DNA of 64,000 nucleotides. It comes from Eledone cirrhosa. Lineage: Eukaryota. Positions 42,328-55,557 of the stretch are shown piece after piece (within the stretch, counting starts at the first letter, position 1; the number at the start of each line of letters is the position of its first letter). The position numbers and the translations under genes are program-made. The notes beneath the pieces were generated by a model. That model had not been told where the DNA came from. It made no database searches and saw nothing but the letters and a program-made list of their open reading frames with translations. Location of the stretch: assembly GCA_964016885.1 (NCBI GenBank), contig OZ024742.1, positions 24,118,001 to 24,182,000 on the forward strand, given 5' to 3'.

Positions 42328-42552
42328 ACACACACACACACACACACATCACACACATCACACACACACCCACAGACACATACATATATATATATATAAA
42401 TGAAAGGTATAGAAAATATTGTAGCAAAAAGCCAACAGTATTCCATAATATGTGTGTGTTTGTATATATATATATATATACACATACACAAACACACACA
42501 TATACACACACACATATACACACACAGGCACACGCACACACACATATATATA

Positions 42553-42917
42553 TCGGTTGCCAGTTGCTAATCGCTTTACCGTGTCGGTTGTCACAAACAG
42601 TCATGACCGGCATGGGCCGGTGTTTGGATTCTGTCGATCGATTGGTTATTGATTAGGCGATACCCGTTGATGAAGCCGCAGAAGCCGATTGTGCATTGTT
42701 GCAAAATATATGCAGACAGATGGTGCAGTGCACCTTACTGCTGCATTAGTGCGGCAGAAACTCGAGTCCGGGAACCTTATAGGCACCAGTTTTACGTGTG
42801 TTGTGTTGAGGCAAATAACTATGTGTATACTCTGGTAATGTATCTTACATTGCCCATTGAGAGCGCTGAGATACAACCGTTACTGGCATTGATAAATATG
42901 CTGGCTCCGTCAAACCT

Positions 42918-42921
<4 letters not shown>
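42553..42921 (+). mobile_element. PLE-like terminal (pLTR) fragment with hammerhead; duplicate at 48373-48648
   Basis: Island within (TA)n containing the hammerhead fold. Confidence 0.6.
42663..42772 (+). ncRNA. Hammerhead with 83-nt branched stem II, core variant TTGATGA
   Basis: cccg-TTGATGA-a-gccgca...tgcggc-a-GAAA-ctcgag-TC-cggg. Confidence 0.7.
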
Positions 42922-42957
<36 letters not shown>

Positions 42958-42960
<3 letters not shown>

Positions 42961-43495
42961 CGTGTCCCGCATGTGCAACCCCAAATAACTAGAGAGACAC
43001 ATACAACACTTCATCCACCGTATGCAGTTCTCTGGTTACAATCAGAGAGATAAGATCAGAGTATATAGAGGATCCACAACCAAATGGGAAAAAATGGTAA
43101 ATAATGATACAAATGGGACCTGCCCCTTTTATAGGAGCAAATTTTGGAATAGAATAGAAATAACTAGGAATAAGGTTAATAGAATAAACTCATGGTATGA
43201 TAGCAATAAATACCACAGTGCAATGTTCATCAATACAACCCCTAGAGGTGAATTAGCTTACAAATTTAGAAGGGCCCTAGATAAACATAAACTCAATATT
43301 AAGATAGTAGAAAGACCAGGTACCTCCATAAAAACACTTATTAGCAATACATACCCTTTTCAAAGACCTCCCTGTATAGATAAGGAATATATAATCTGTA
43401 AACTAAGCCCCCATATTAACTGTAAAACTAGAAGTGCAGTATATAGCATAAGATGTACTTAAGGACAACGTACAGATAAGAATATAGTGTACATA
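42958..43495 (+). pseudogene. PLE-C ORF fragment, duplicate of 48678-49213, cut just before the YIG motif
   Basis: Near identical to the 48741 ORF; ends at AATATAGTGTACA. Confidence 0.8.
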
Positions 43496-43529
43496 ATAAT
43501 ATAGTGTACAAATATAGTGTACAAATAAT

Positions 43530-44813
43530 CAGAAGAGTAAAGAAAATATGGTCATCAGAACTGTCAGCGTACAACAAATACATTGCCCACAATACTTATG
43601 CTGTGCCAATTCTAACGCCAACATTTGGCCTGCTGAACTGGTCATTGTAAGAACTAAGTGAGATGGATGTTAGAACTCGAAAACTTCTCAGTGTTACTGG
43701 GAACTTTAACATCAATAGTGATGTGGATAGGCTATACTTCTCACGCAAGGAAGGTGGCCGGGGTCTAAAATCAATATTAACAACATATGAGACCCGGATA
43801 GTAACACTGAAGCAACACCTTCAACAGAAGAAAAAGGTTGGCAACCATCTTTCCCAGGTTTATGAGCATGAAAAAAAAAATCATTAGAATAGCGACTGAT
43901 CTGGAGGAGAGATATGGAATAAAGCCTCATATAAATCCCTCATCCAGAGAAATCGGAAGATGCTATTCAATGTTCAAACAAGATGAACAAATTGACCAAT
44001 TTACAGAAAAAGTTGTGCATGGATACTTGAGACGTAAAACACAGACCATAGAGGGATAAACCACTCAAAAAGCCTGGCATGGAGTTCCGACAAGTTTATG
44101 ACATCACACCTTGAGAGATATCTCTATGCAATACAGGAACAAGAACTCCTTACCAAATATCTGCTGCACAAAAGGGGAGGGCCATCAGCTGACAATAAAT
44201 GTAGGCTATGTAAAACAAAGATCGAGGATGTAAGCCACATTGTTGCCAGCTGCAAAAGAATATCATCTCGCTACTACCTCCCCATGAGACACGATGGGAT
44301 AGCTAGAACCATCTTGAACGCACTTGGGAAAACAAAATTAACAACAAACGAGGAAGAATATATTGAGACAGATGGCACCAAGGAATACTGGTGGAACCTG
44401 AAATTAAAAACTGCCACCAAATTAAAGCACAACCGGCCTGATATTGTAGTTTGGGACCACACAGTGAAAACGTGTTCTGTTGTGGAGGTCAGCTGCCCAC
44501 TTGATGTCAACGTTGTCAGAAAAATACAGAGAAGGAGGACATCTACGGACCATTGATGAGGAGTTTACGAATCCAGTATCCAAGATACACCTTTAGCTTC
44601 ATACCCATCATTATTGGAGTTACGGGTTATATACCAACCCGCTTGGACCAAAGTATAACTGAACTTGGATTTGCGGACAAAGAGCGCAGCTCCCTAATTC
44701 ATAGTCTGCAATTGGTTGCGATAGCTGGCACCTTCAAAATTTGCAAAACATTCTTGCGATTCAAGGAATGACAATTTCTTTTCTTTTACAACCTTGCCAA
44801 GAGAAAGGGATAA
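43530..44813 (+). mobile_element. 5'-truncated, decayed second copy of the R4/Dong-like element
   Basis: Aligns to ~19705-21030, with frameshifts and an internal 3' UTR deletion. Confidence 0.92.
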
Positions 44814-44859
44814 CATACATATAAACATACATACATACATACATACATACATAATACAT

Positions 44860-47280
44860 GATGGCTGAAAACTCGTGTTCGTGTATTGCCATCGCCCGAT
44901 AAAATGTTCAAAAATGTGAGGCTCGAATGTGACTCTTTAAACCAGCCAAATACTTGCACTCTCTGGTACACACATGGCAACTTTAGGCTCCCCCGAAACC
45001 TTCCATTGCTTTGTTCTGCCTGTGTGTTCTCATGTGTCTTTTAAGACCTCCCATGCTTGTACATTTCTTACACCTTTTCAGATCATAATCTACATGAGGT
45101 CTACTGATATGACTTTGTTCATGCTCTAATCAAACCAGCTTTGCTCAGGCTGACTCGACCACAGTGCTGGCAAACCAGATGATGTTCAACAGCAGGCAGT
45201 TCAGAACAGTCTAAATCCTCACCTTCCTTTTCAGTGTTAGGTGTTCTCTCCGACGAGTTTCAAAGTGTTCACCACCTGACTTGGTCAAACGTCTCCACTT
45301 CACACGCTCGTCAGCCATTTTCACCCATTCGTCAGATGAAATTCCAGCACAAGCCAAGGTGCCCCTGATACAGTCCCGGTACCGCCTTTTTGGTCTATGT
45401 GGTGGTCGCCATCCTTCACACAGTTCTCCATAGAGAAGTTGCTTTGGAGTACGATCATCAGCCATCCGGACCACGTGACTGCACCACCTCAACCGATACC
45501 GAAAGATTATGCTCTCTATAGTCACACACCTGCTCCGTTCTAGAACTTCCAAATCACTGACGAACATTTTCCATTGCACCCCAAGTAACTTATGAAGAGA
45601 TTGTGTGGTGAAATCTCTCCAGATCATTGAGGTGCTTTCTGTATGTGACCCACGTTTCACAAACATAAAGTAAAGAGGAGACGACACAAGTCAGATACAC
45701 TTTCACCTTGGTTTCGATAGTGATACCTCGTCTGGACCATAAATGTTGATGCAGCCATCCAAAAGCATCACTGGCTTTCTTGATTCTTAAGGATATTTCA
45801 TTATCATATGTACATGAATTGTTCAACGTACTACCAAGGTAAACAAACTTGTCAGCAACTTTTAGCCTCTTTCAAGTACACGTACACACTTGGTGCAGTG
45901 TACTTGTTTCCAGGTACTGGCTGATACATCACAACAGTCTTTTCCAAGCTTATTGTGATGCCCAAAGTGCTGCAAGCTGCAGAAAAAGAGTTCATAATAT
46001 GCTGCATGTCACTTTGTGAGTGTGCAAAAAGATCGCAGTCGTCTGTATACAAAAACTCTCGGATTATAGATGTTAATACCTTTGTGCTTGTACCAAAGCG
46101 CCTGGTGTTGAAGAACCTTCCTGAAGTGCGATACCTGATGTAAACCCCATGAGAACAATATTTGAATGCCATGAGAAACACTATCGTAAAATATAAGGAA
46201 AACAGAGTTGGAGCCGGACTGTCCCCCTGCTTCACTCCATTTTCAACTGATATTGGTTCAGAGATGCTACCACCAATACTGACCAAAGCCTTCATGTCAT
46301 CATGGAAAAGATGCAGAATCTTCTACCCTACCCTGGATTTTTTTTCCACAACGCAGTTCAATTGACGATGTCAAAGGCCTTTGTCAAGTCAACAAAAACC
46401 TGGTAAAGGTCCATACATTATTCGATACACCTTTCTTGCAGCAGCCGAGCAGAAACAATCATATCCACTGTTCCTCTTTCGTTTCTGAAACCACACTGCG
46501 ACTCAGGCAACACATTCAGAGCAACTCTTGGGATCAATCTATCCATCAATATTCGACACATGACTTTACCAACTACAGAAAGAAGTGATATGCCACGATA
46601 ATTGCCACATTTGTCCTTTCCTTTATGGAGAATCACCATGAGCGCATCCTTCTTGTGGGACATTCTCATCTTCCCACACCATTTTCATGAGGTCAGTCAG
46701 GCACTGCGTGAAGTTTTCACCACCGCACTTCAAAACCTCTCCACTCAGACCATCCATACCAGGAGACTTACCACAGTTCAGCTTATGCACAACAGAAGTC
46801 CCCTCTGCAAGGGAAGATACATTAGCCATCTCATATGCTTCACTGGTTCAATAGGAATGGAACAAATGAAATCATCATCAACCTGGTTTAAGAGCTCATC
46901 AAAGTGATCTCTCTATCTGTCGAGTGTCTTTTGGTTCGCGCAGTAATTGCTTGCCATCTTTCGATCTCAAAGGGGCCACTGGAGAGCTGAATATACACCT
47001 GTGAGTAGAAAGTGCGGCAGTTTCACATTGTTGCCGTCAGATGCCACTTGAACTTCATCTGCTTTGTTGCTCCACCGGGTATTTTGCATAGTCATGAGTT
47101 TCACCTGCACTTCCTTCTTTACCTGTCTGTAACGCTCATAATTGTCACCAACAGAGCTACCACCTTTAAGAACTGCATCAAGCGCCTTTTGTTTTCTGTC
47201 TAGAAGAGCCTTGACCTCCTGGTCATTCTCATCAAACCAGTCCTTGTTTTCTTGTGACAAAGCCAAGGACCTCTGCTGGA
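44860..47280 (-). mobile_element. Decayed RTE-BovB-like LINE
   Basis: DWFDEND, KSPGMDG, YRGISLLS, PESQCGFR, GVKQG, YTDD, LRWCSHVVRM. Confidence 0.88.
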
Positions 47281-48059
47281 GCCTCATAGACCGAGCTCCT
47301 GAAGTCCTTCCAGTTGTTCTCATACACGCATACATACTTACATATATACATGTATACATACATGCATACATCCATACATACATCCATATTTCCATCCATC
47401 CATACATGCATGCATGCATCCATCCATCCATCCATCCATACCTACACACATACATCCATCCATCCATACTTACAATGTTTAAAGTGTTTGACTGATGACC
47501 ATAAGTTCATGGGTTCATATTTGGGACCGGGTAGTTATTGAATCAACCTGATATCAGTGTTTATTATACAGCACACTTCCTCTTTGCTATAATATGACAC
47601 AGTAATATCTAACATAGTACCCATCTAATCTGTGATAATATGATTTACCTTTCCTCTGTGAAGACACAGGCTTAGGGGTTACGGTACTGGACTAACCAAT
47701 AAATAGTCATGGGCTCGTTTCTTCGATCCTGCAGCATGTTGCGTCCTTCAGTAAAATACTTTAGTTCGTGTAGCATCTACTACCAGGAGTTGCGGCAGAC
47801 AGATAATATCAGTAATTGAAAAAACCTTGTTTCATTAGTATGACCTGAAAATCAGTTCCACTCTATTTATCTTCTTTATTAAAGGCAATCAAATGATTTT
47901 TTATTTTATTATTTTTCTTATTTTTCCATGTTTGTTAAATAAATTCAAAAAAATCAAACTAAATCGAAATTTTGTAATAAAATTTCCATAAAAGTTAATG
48001 TTTACGATACAATAAAATGTAATAAAATGTATTGAAGTCGACGAAATGTGGACCTTCAT

Positions 48060-48352
48060 TGTTGAAAGATGGATAATGCTATAAGCAGACCTTACAATAT
48101 TGTACCACAATTTTCCTTTGTGCAAAAGTGGGCAGCCGAATTTAGGAAACGATAGGGGATTATTGAAGATGACCCAATGTCTGGACGTCCTACAACTGCC
48201 ACTACCGAGGAAAACATTGATCTCAGTACTGCAACACCGATGGAAGAAGTGTGTGGAACGCAAGGGAGACTATGTTGAAAAATAAACCTCATTTGGTCAC
48301 ATTCCATGAGAGTATCTTTGACAACCTATGATATTTTCAGTCAACCCTCGTA
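48060..48352 (+). mobile_element. Internally deleted Mariner remnant with 3' TIR
   Basis: EDDPMSGRPTTATTEENID joined to RWKKCVERKGDYVEK*; ends AACCCTCG-TA. Confidence 0.8.
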
Positions 48353-48389
48353 TATATATATATATATATATATTATTGATTAGGCGATA

Positions 48390-48499
48390 CCCGCTGATGA
48401 AGCCACATAAGCCGATTGTGCATTGTTGCATAATATATGCAGACAGATGGTGCAGTGCACCTTGCTGCTGCATTAGTGTGAGAGAAAATCGAATCCGGG
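48390..48499 (+). ncRNA. Paralogous hammerhead with intact core but eroded stems
   Basis: cccg-CTGATGA...GAAA-atcgaa-TC-cggg. Confidence 0.6.
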
Positions 48500-48644
48500 A
48501 ACCTTATAGGCACCCGTTTTACGTGTGTTGTGTTGAGGCAAATAACTATGTGTATACTCTGGTAATGTATCTTACATTGCCCATTGAGTGCGCTGAGATA
48601 CAACCGGTACTGGCACTGATACATATGCTGGGTCCGTCAAACCT

Positions 48645-48677
<33 letters not shown>

Positions 48678-48679
<2 letters not shown>

Positions 48680-49760
48680 CGTGTCCCGCATGTGCAACCC
48701 CAAATAACTAGAGAGACACATACAACACTTCATCCACCGTATGCAGTTCTCTGGTTACAATCAGAGAGATAAGATCAGAGTATATAGAGGATCCACAACC
48801 AAATGGGAAAAAATGGTAAATAATGATACAAATGGGACCTGCCCCTTTTATAGGAGCAAATTTTGGAATAGAATAGAAATAACTAGGAATAAGGTTAATA
48901 GAATAAACTCATGGTATGATAGCAATAAATACCAGAGTGCAATGTTCATCAATACAACCCCTAGAGGTGAATTAGCTTACAAATTTAGAAGGGCCCTAGA
49001 TAAACATAAACTCAATATTAAGATAGTAGAAAGACCAGGTACCTCCATAAAAACACTTATTAGCAATACATACCCTTTTCAAAGACCTCCCTGTATAGAT
49101 AAGGAATATATAATCTGTAAACTAAGCCCCCATATTAACTGTAAAACTAGAAATGCAGTATATAGCATAAGATGTACTGAAGGTCAACGTACAGATAAGA
49201 ATATAGTGTACATAGGTGAGACAGCACGTAGTATAGGAGAACGGATAAATGAACACTGGCGAGAGCTTCAAGATAGTAAAGAATCATCTGTACTCCACCA
49301 ACATGCTAAAATAGAACATAAGAGTAAATTAGAGAACATAGAAATAAAAATAGAATCTACAATCAGAAAAGACGCAATCACAGAGGCAATAAACATAAAT
49401 GAACTCTAACCAAAATTAAATAGAAAATATGAATGGAATAGCATCATCACAACTTACAATTAAGGACAAAATGAGAACACACACACACACACATAGAACA
49501 AACAACCAACCAGTAATATCTAAATAAACAAATAAATAAACAAATATAAACAGACACAGACACCCGGATGTAACACATGCGCAAATTAAGCACACAACAC
49601 ACACAAAAACAAGATGGCGTAGGACAGAACAAAGGGGAGGCACAAAAACAAAGAAAAGAAAAGAATCCCCAGTCACTGAAGAGGTCACAGAATGTGTGAC
49701 GAAAGAACTTTGACAATATATTAACAATCGTCTGGTTGTGGAACCAACCAATCAACCTGA
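48678..49760 (+). mobile_element. Penelope-like element 3' fragment (PLE-C); GIY-YIG ORF 48741-49409
   Basis: TPRGEL, KIVERPG, C..C...C, AVYSIRC...VYIGETARSIGERINEH, ITEAINI. Confidence 0.85.
49672..49714 (+). ncRNA. Minimal type I hammerhead at PLE-C 3' end
   Basis: gtca-CTGAAGA-g-gtcaca(gaatg)tgtgac-GAAA-gaac-TT-tgac. Confidence 0.75.
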
Positions 49761-49924
49761 AATTTATAAATTCCTAAATTTATAAATTTAATTTATAATA
49801 AATTGAAGTGAAAGCAACTGGTGCGTGTGTTTCTTATTGGCAACATGACCCCCCCAAAGCATAACAATATCGGTTTCAACACACGTTTTCAGATAATGAA
49901 TCTTGCTAAACAAAATCATAAACG

Positions 49925-49960
<36 letters not shown>

Positions 49961-50150
49961 TATTTACGTATCGAGAAAGAGAAAAAAAGGGGAGGATAGG
50001 TGATACATATAGTTATTTGCCAAGTAGCGTATGCCAAAGGTGCTAGAGACTAGTGCCGGCAGTATTAAATATTCGAAGTGTTAATATTTAGTGGGCTAGA
50101 GAGTTAGCAGAGCGTAAGCACGTGGGAAAGTAAATATATATATATATATA

Positions 50151-50830
50151 CAGTCGAATCGGCTTAAGAATGGAAAATAGTATACTCTTAACCGAACTAT
50201 ACTCTTATCCGGACTAAGTAAAAATATTCCATAGTATTATTATTTTGAGTCTTTCAATGATTAATAATCGCTTTATTATCGTTTGAAATGCATTTATAAA
50301 TAAAAAAAATGAAAGTTACACCAAAATATTCAACAAGAATTATTGCAAATTATAGATAAATTAAGCAATATTTCAACATATTGATATGCAATTTTTATTT
50401 CCTAAAAATAGTCCAAAATGCTATTTTGCTCTCGATTGCTCGCAATTTTTTAAAATCAATTCCTTCGATCTCAGACGGAGTATAATTTTCAAAATTTTCA
50501 AACGATTGCATCATATAGGACCGTACAGTCAACAAAGCATTTATTCCTTCTTTTTCAGAGATCTAAAATATTGATAAATGATTAAAGTTATGTTAGGTAC
50601 CTATGCACATTCATATTATAAATATAAAAATAATTGTTTCTACTTTAGGCACAAGGCCAGCAATTACCCAGTGCATTACTGGTATTTTATTTTATCGACC
50701 CCGTAAGGATGAAAGGCAAAGTCAACCTCGGTGGGATAAAAATAATACATACTAACCTTTGAGTAATGGATATTTTTTGAGTAATGGATAAAGCAGAGCG
50801 TTTCAAAGACATTTTTATGACACAATGAAT
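50151..50830 (-). mobile_element. Internally deleted pogo/Tigger transposon
   Basis: TA-CAGTCGAATC terminus; N-terminus MSLKRSALSITQK (ATG at 50812); C-terminus ISEKEGINALLTVRSY...QNSILDYF* (PIP-box-like). Confidence 0.65.
50631..50737 (-). mobile_element. Nin-domain SINE 3' half
   Basis: Reverse complement of ~5773-5878. Confidence 0.8.
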
Positions 50831-51113
50831 TATTATTTTTGTATTTGCATATATTAAACTTTAAATTGCTTTTAGAATGGATACTTAGAGGCCGATACTT
50901 GGATTTTCAACAAGGAAGAAGTCCAGTGATATGTGTTTACGCATTAAGTTCAAATCAGCGACTGGCCAGTAACACGTGCTGTATCTACTAAAAATACACA
51001 CAACATACCAGCTTCGTCCTAGTGGCGTGAATAGGGTTATCGACAACTAGAAACAGCAGTCAAGTCCTTTCAACAGAGTTAGCTCTACAATTAAGAAGCC
51101 GTATTTATATATC

Positions 51114-51413
51114 TATATCCAAAATTAAGATATATCAAAATGAATTTAATCTAAATCAAAATTATGGGTGTCATGCCAGAAAGGCATGCACCATATCAGC
51201 CGTAAAATAAGCTCCAAGATTCTAATGAATAGGTCCGAGCATTTTATAACAACTAGAAATTGATTAACATATAAATAAACATATGAAACAATCACAGGGG
51301 ATAATTTTTACAAGTGTGTAAGCACACATAGCTAGGTAGGTAACTAAATAAAGTTAACTAGAACTTCAAAAATTTTGATTTAGATTAAATTCATTTTGAT
51401 TTATCTTAATTTT

Positions 51414-51420
<7 letters not shown>
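51114..51420. repeat. 50-bp inverted repeat pair (1 mismatch) enclosing ~207 bp
   Basis: 51114-51163 versus 51371-51420. Confidence 0.8.
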
Positions 51421-51475
<55 letters not shown>

Positions 51476-51554
51476 TCTACGGTTCTTATATATTTGATAT
51501 ATATTTATCCTTATCGAGCCCTCTTTGGATTTTTGTCTTCAAATTTATTGTTAT

Positions 51555-51595
<41 letters not shown>

Positions 51596-53220
51596 ATATA
51601 TACACATACATAATATATATAAAACTACCGCAAGCATGCTAAATAGTAATGATATATATGAGTGTATGTATGTGTATATGCACATACATGCACTGTGTTT
51701 TAATGAATAATAAACTACCAGTTATCTACTATGATATCTACTGTTTAGCACCTGCTGTTTATTTATATGGATTTTAATCACATTGGTAATCGAGCAGTGT
51801 ATTGATTTATACAGCAGTTTTCATAAAGTAAATAATCTGCTGTGAAAGAAAAACAATGTTATAGGATGCTGCTACCTGCCTGCTTTATTATATTGCCTAG
51901 AGTCCACAAAAACACTACCAAGATCTTGAGCAGCCAAAACACAATTTGATACTGGTGTTGAGGTTGGGGGCTAGGGTTGGTGGTGGGTTTTTATAAAAGA
52001 ATGGGTCCTATGAAAACAATGCTGTAAATGAAAATGTAAAGTACTTTATTGTAAGAATAGCAGAGTAGAAGCTGTTTTGGAAGTCTCAGCAGAGTTGAAG
52101 CACATAATATTTCCCTGTAATTTTCTAGTTTCTACATGGAAAGCTATGGAGGATAGTATCTGACTGTATCAACACTGCGATACTGGAATAGTTGAATAGA
52201 CCGATGTTTGAAGAATATTACATATTCCATACTTTCAAAAATATGTTCACTTGGGATACCTTCAAAGTTATCGTTTATCATAGTTAATTGATCATGACAT
52301 TGCTTGCAGATAATTGGTAAAAGCATAGTGGCTGCAATGGTAAAGGGGTTAGCTGTATAGAATAGCTACCCAATGTTGACAGATTAAATGGTTCTTTTGC
52401 TCTCAGATTACAAAGAAATGAAAGCTTCCTTTCTCAAATTTATTTGGAATGTCATAAATACTTTACTAATAGATTAATAAGATAGCTATTCCATTTACCA
52501 AAATACACCTGTGTCATTTATTATAGTTTACAGTTATCTAAACATATTGTGTTCCTATCATTATATGAAATGTATCCATTTTCCTGTTTCTCTTGATATA
52601 TATAAGTATATATATTATTTTCTTAGTATGTATATGAAATTTAGACATTGGTATCGTCATTCTCTCTCTCTCTAAAAATTCCCCCCTCTCTCTCTCTTTG
52701 TCTTTCACACTCATTCTCTGTCACACTTTCTCTTTCCCGCATCTTTCTCTCTCTCTCTTACACACTCTCTCTGTTAGACACACTCTTTCATGCTTTCTCT
52801 CACGTTCTCTCTCTTGTGATTTCTTGCTCCCATTCAATCTTTCTCTCTGTCACACATCCCCTCTTTCCCTCTCACCGATTCTCCATCTCACATTCTCTAA
52901 ATTAGGATCACTAAATGTTTACTTATGAATGGACAGCTGCAGAGATAGACTGTTGGAATATCATAACAAAAGTAAATGGACTGAAGTTGGTTTGAATAAT
53001 AAGTGTTCCAGTTATTTGGTCACAACAATGACATATTTGTTATTGAATAGATGTGTACGTGGCTGAGTATTCCACAGACACAAGCACAGTTAGCGTTATT
53101 CCCAAGACAAATCAATTGAAGGGTTCCTATACAGTTACCATCTATCCAATTTTATTTAAAATATTGGGTTGACATGAGGCTATGATAAAGACATTTATTC
53201 AGAGCGATATTTAAACCTTG

Positions 53221-53462
53221 CAGGGTAGGGTTGCTCAGGGAAATTAAGGTTTTGTGGGTCCCTCATATAACAAGCACTTTAATGGCCCCTTTCTAGCTCT
53301 ATTATTAAAAGTTAGTAAGAGCCCTGTTTGAAGAGAGGGATCCTGTTCGAAAATGAATCCTGTTTGGAAGGGATGGAGGGTCTCTTCCTAGAGGAGAGCC
53401 CCTGTTTGACAAGATGTGCCATTGTCATACGTCCCCTCTGCCTCTGGATAAATCTGGCCCTG
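53221..53462. mobile_element. Possible small non-autonomous DNA transposon (hAT-like ends)
   Basis: CAGGG...TAAATCTGGCCCTG termini; internal CCTGTT repeats. Confidence 0.35.
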
Positions 53463-54262
53463 CACTTACTCGAGATCAAACCAAAATATACTTGAAGATA
53501 TATCTTCATAATAAAATAGTTTCTTTAGGTACCAGGTAGTGTTAAATTATTAAATTTCTTTTCTGTGGGTGTATTTAGTATTCCTATTAAGTAATATCGT
53601 TTTAAATAGTGAAGAATAATATAGAGTAAGGTTTTGGTTATCATAGGGTTTCAACCTATTATATTGAGGTCATGTATCTTAACTTTTAATGTCTTGTACC
53701 ACATGCAATCACATTAGCAAGGCATTTTTTAAAAGTACAAAACAGCCTTATGACCTCATCATATGAAAAGTTAGTCTTTACTTTAACACTTGAAATCTTA
53801 ATGGGTCTACTAGTAAATACACTATAAACATTTGAATTAATAAATATGCTGCTACGTATTTTCTAGGTATTTTCTGTTAAATCATTACAAGGTGTTGTTA
53901 AAATATGTCTGCTGGTAATATCACTATAAACATTTGAAATAACCTATTTCTAGATATTTTCCACTAAATCATAACAGGATGTTAAGAGTTAAGTTCAGTT
54001 CTCTTCCAAATTCTATAATGTTACATAAATTATATTTTACACTGTTTTTGTTATTTTCTAACCAAAACAAAAATGTAATTGTCATTATTCAGCATTTGTG
54101 TGTTTTAAAAACACAAAAAAATTATAAAAAACAAACGAAAACAAAAACAAAACCTGGTAACCAAAACAAACACGAACAAAAAATAAAAAATAAAAAAAAA
54201 CAATGACAACAAAACAAAAAAAAGCAACACCCAGCAATATATCTCATTTATAAAGTACTCAC

Positions 54263-54465
54263 TTTGGAAAATCCATTATATTGATGAAGAGATTAATGTG
54301 GTGGAACTAAAACTTGTGTCTTCCAATATTTGAGCTGTTCTAACTGTGAATCTGTCTATTGGAGTTGGCTGATAAGAAGTCAAAAGCTATGGTTTATTGG
54401 ACAAAATTCAAATTCGGATTACTGTTGCATGCTTAGCTAAAATAAGCTGCTCAAAGTCCAATATC
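54263..54465 (-). other. Candidate host exon (203 bp) containing a stop codon or UTR sequence
   Basis: Acceptor atttcttatcag, donor gtgagt; phase-1 entry reads GYWTLSSLF*. Confidence 0.4.
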
Positions 54466-54904
54466 CTGATAAGAAATCCAATACATGGTTATGACCATTG
54501 AGCACTATTTTAGTCAGGTGGTACCAATATGTAGTAGTAGTAATTGTAGTAGTTGTTGTAATAGTTGTAGTAGTAGTTGTAATATCAATAGTAACATTTG
54601 ATATAATAGTAGCACTACTAGTAGTAATAGTTGTTGTTGTAGTAGTAGTATTAGTTGCTAGATGCCATCTGGAGCTGAGGAAATAGTTTCCATAATAATC
54701 TTATATTTTCACCTATTAAGTTACAATCCATTAAAATCCGTGGATTAGAATGTTAGGTGGAATCAATGTGGATCCATCTATTACACAAACTTTCTACAAT
54801 ATTGGTGTATTCTGTTCCTTTAAAAAGGGGGAAAAACAGAGATTTTTTTTTTATTAACTTGAATTAACATTTGTAAAAGTGCATGTGTGTGTGTATCTAT
54901 GAAA

Positions 54905-54938
54905 TGGAAAATGTGTATGCATCTATCAACTGGCAAAA

Positions 54939-54971
<33 letters not shown>

Positions 54972-55557
54972 AATCAACTGGAAAAGTGTGTGCATGTGTG
55001 TATCTATTTATCTATCGCTGGCAAAAGAGTGCGTATATGTATCTATCTATCACTGGCAAAAGTGTGCGTGTATGTATCTATCACTGGCAAAAGTGTGTGT
55101 ATATGGGTGTATCGATATGTCTATCAACTGGCAAAGGTATGTATATATGTGTGTATATATCTATCAACTGGCAAAAGTGTCTGTATATGTGTGTATATAT
55201 CTATCTATCAACTGGCAAATGTATGTATATATGTGTGTATATATCTATCAACTAGCAAAAGCGTGTGTATATGTGTATATATATATATCAACTAGCAAAA
55301 GTGTGTGTATATGTGTGTATATATCTATCAACTGGCAAATGTGTGTATATATCTATCTATCAACTGACAAATGTATGTATATATGTGTGTATATATCTAT
55401 CAACTAGCAAAAGCGTGTGTATATGTGTATATATATATATCAACTAGCAAAAGTGTGTGTATATGTGTGTATATATCTATCAACTGGCAAATGTATGTAT
55501 ATATGTGTGTATATATCTATCAACTAGCAAAAGTGTGTGTATATGTATATCTATCAA
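54905..55557. repeat. ~38-42 bp minisatellite (TATCTATCAACTGGCAAAAGTGTGTGTATATGTGTGTATA)
   Basis: About 15 recurring ATCAACTRGCAAA anchors. Confidence 0.9.

Noticed and set aside
52144-52326. 60-aa ORF as a gene
   Set aside because: No recognisable motif; only a weak upstream acceptor
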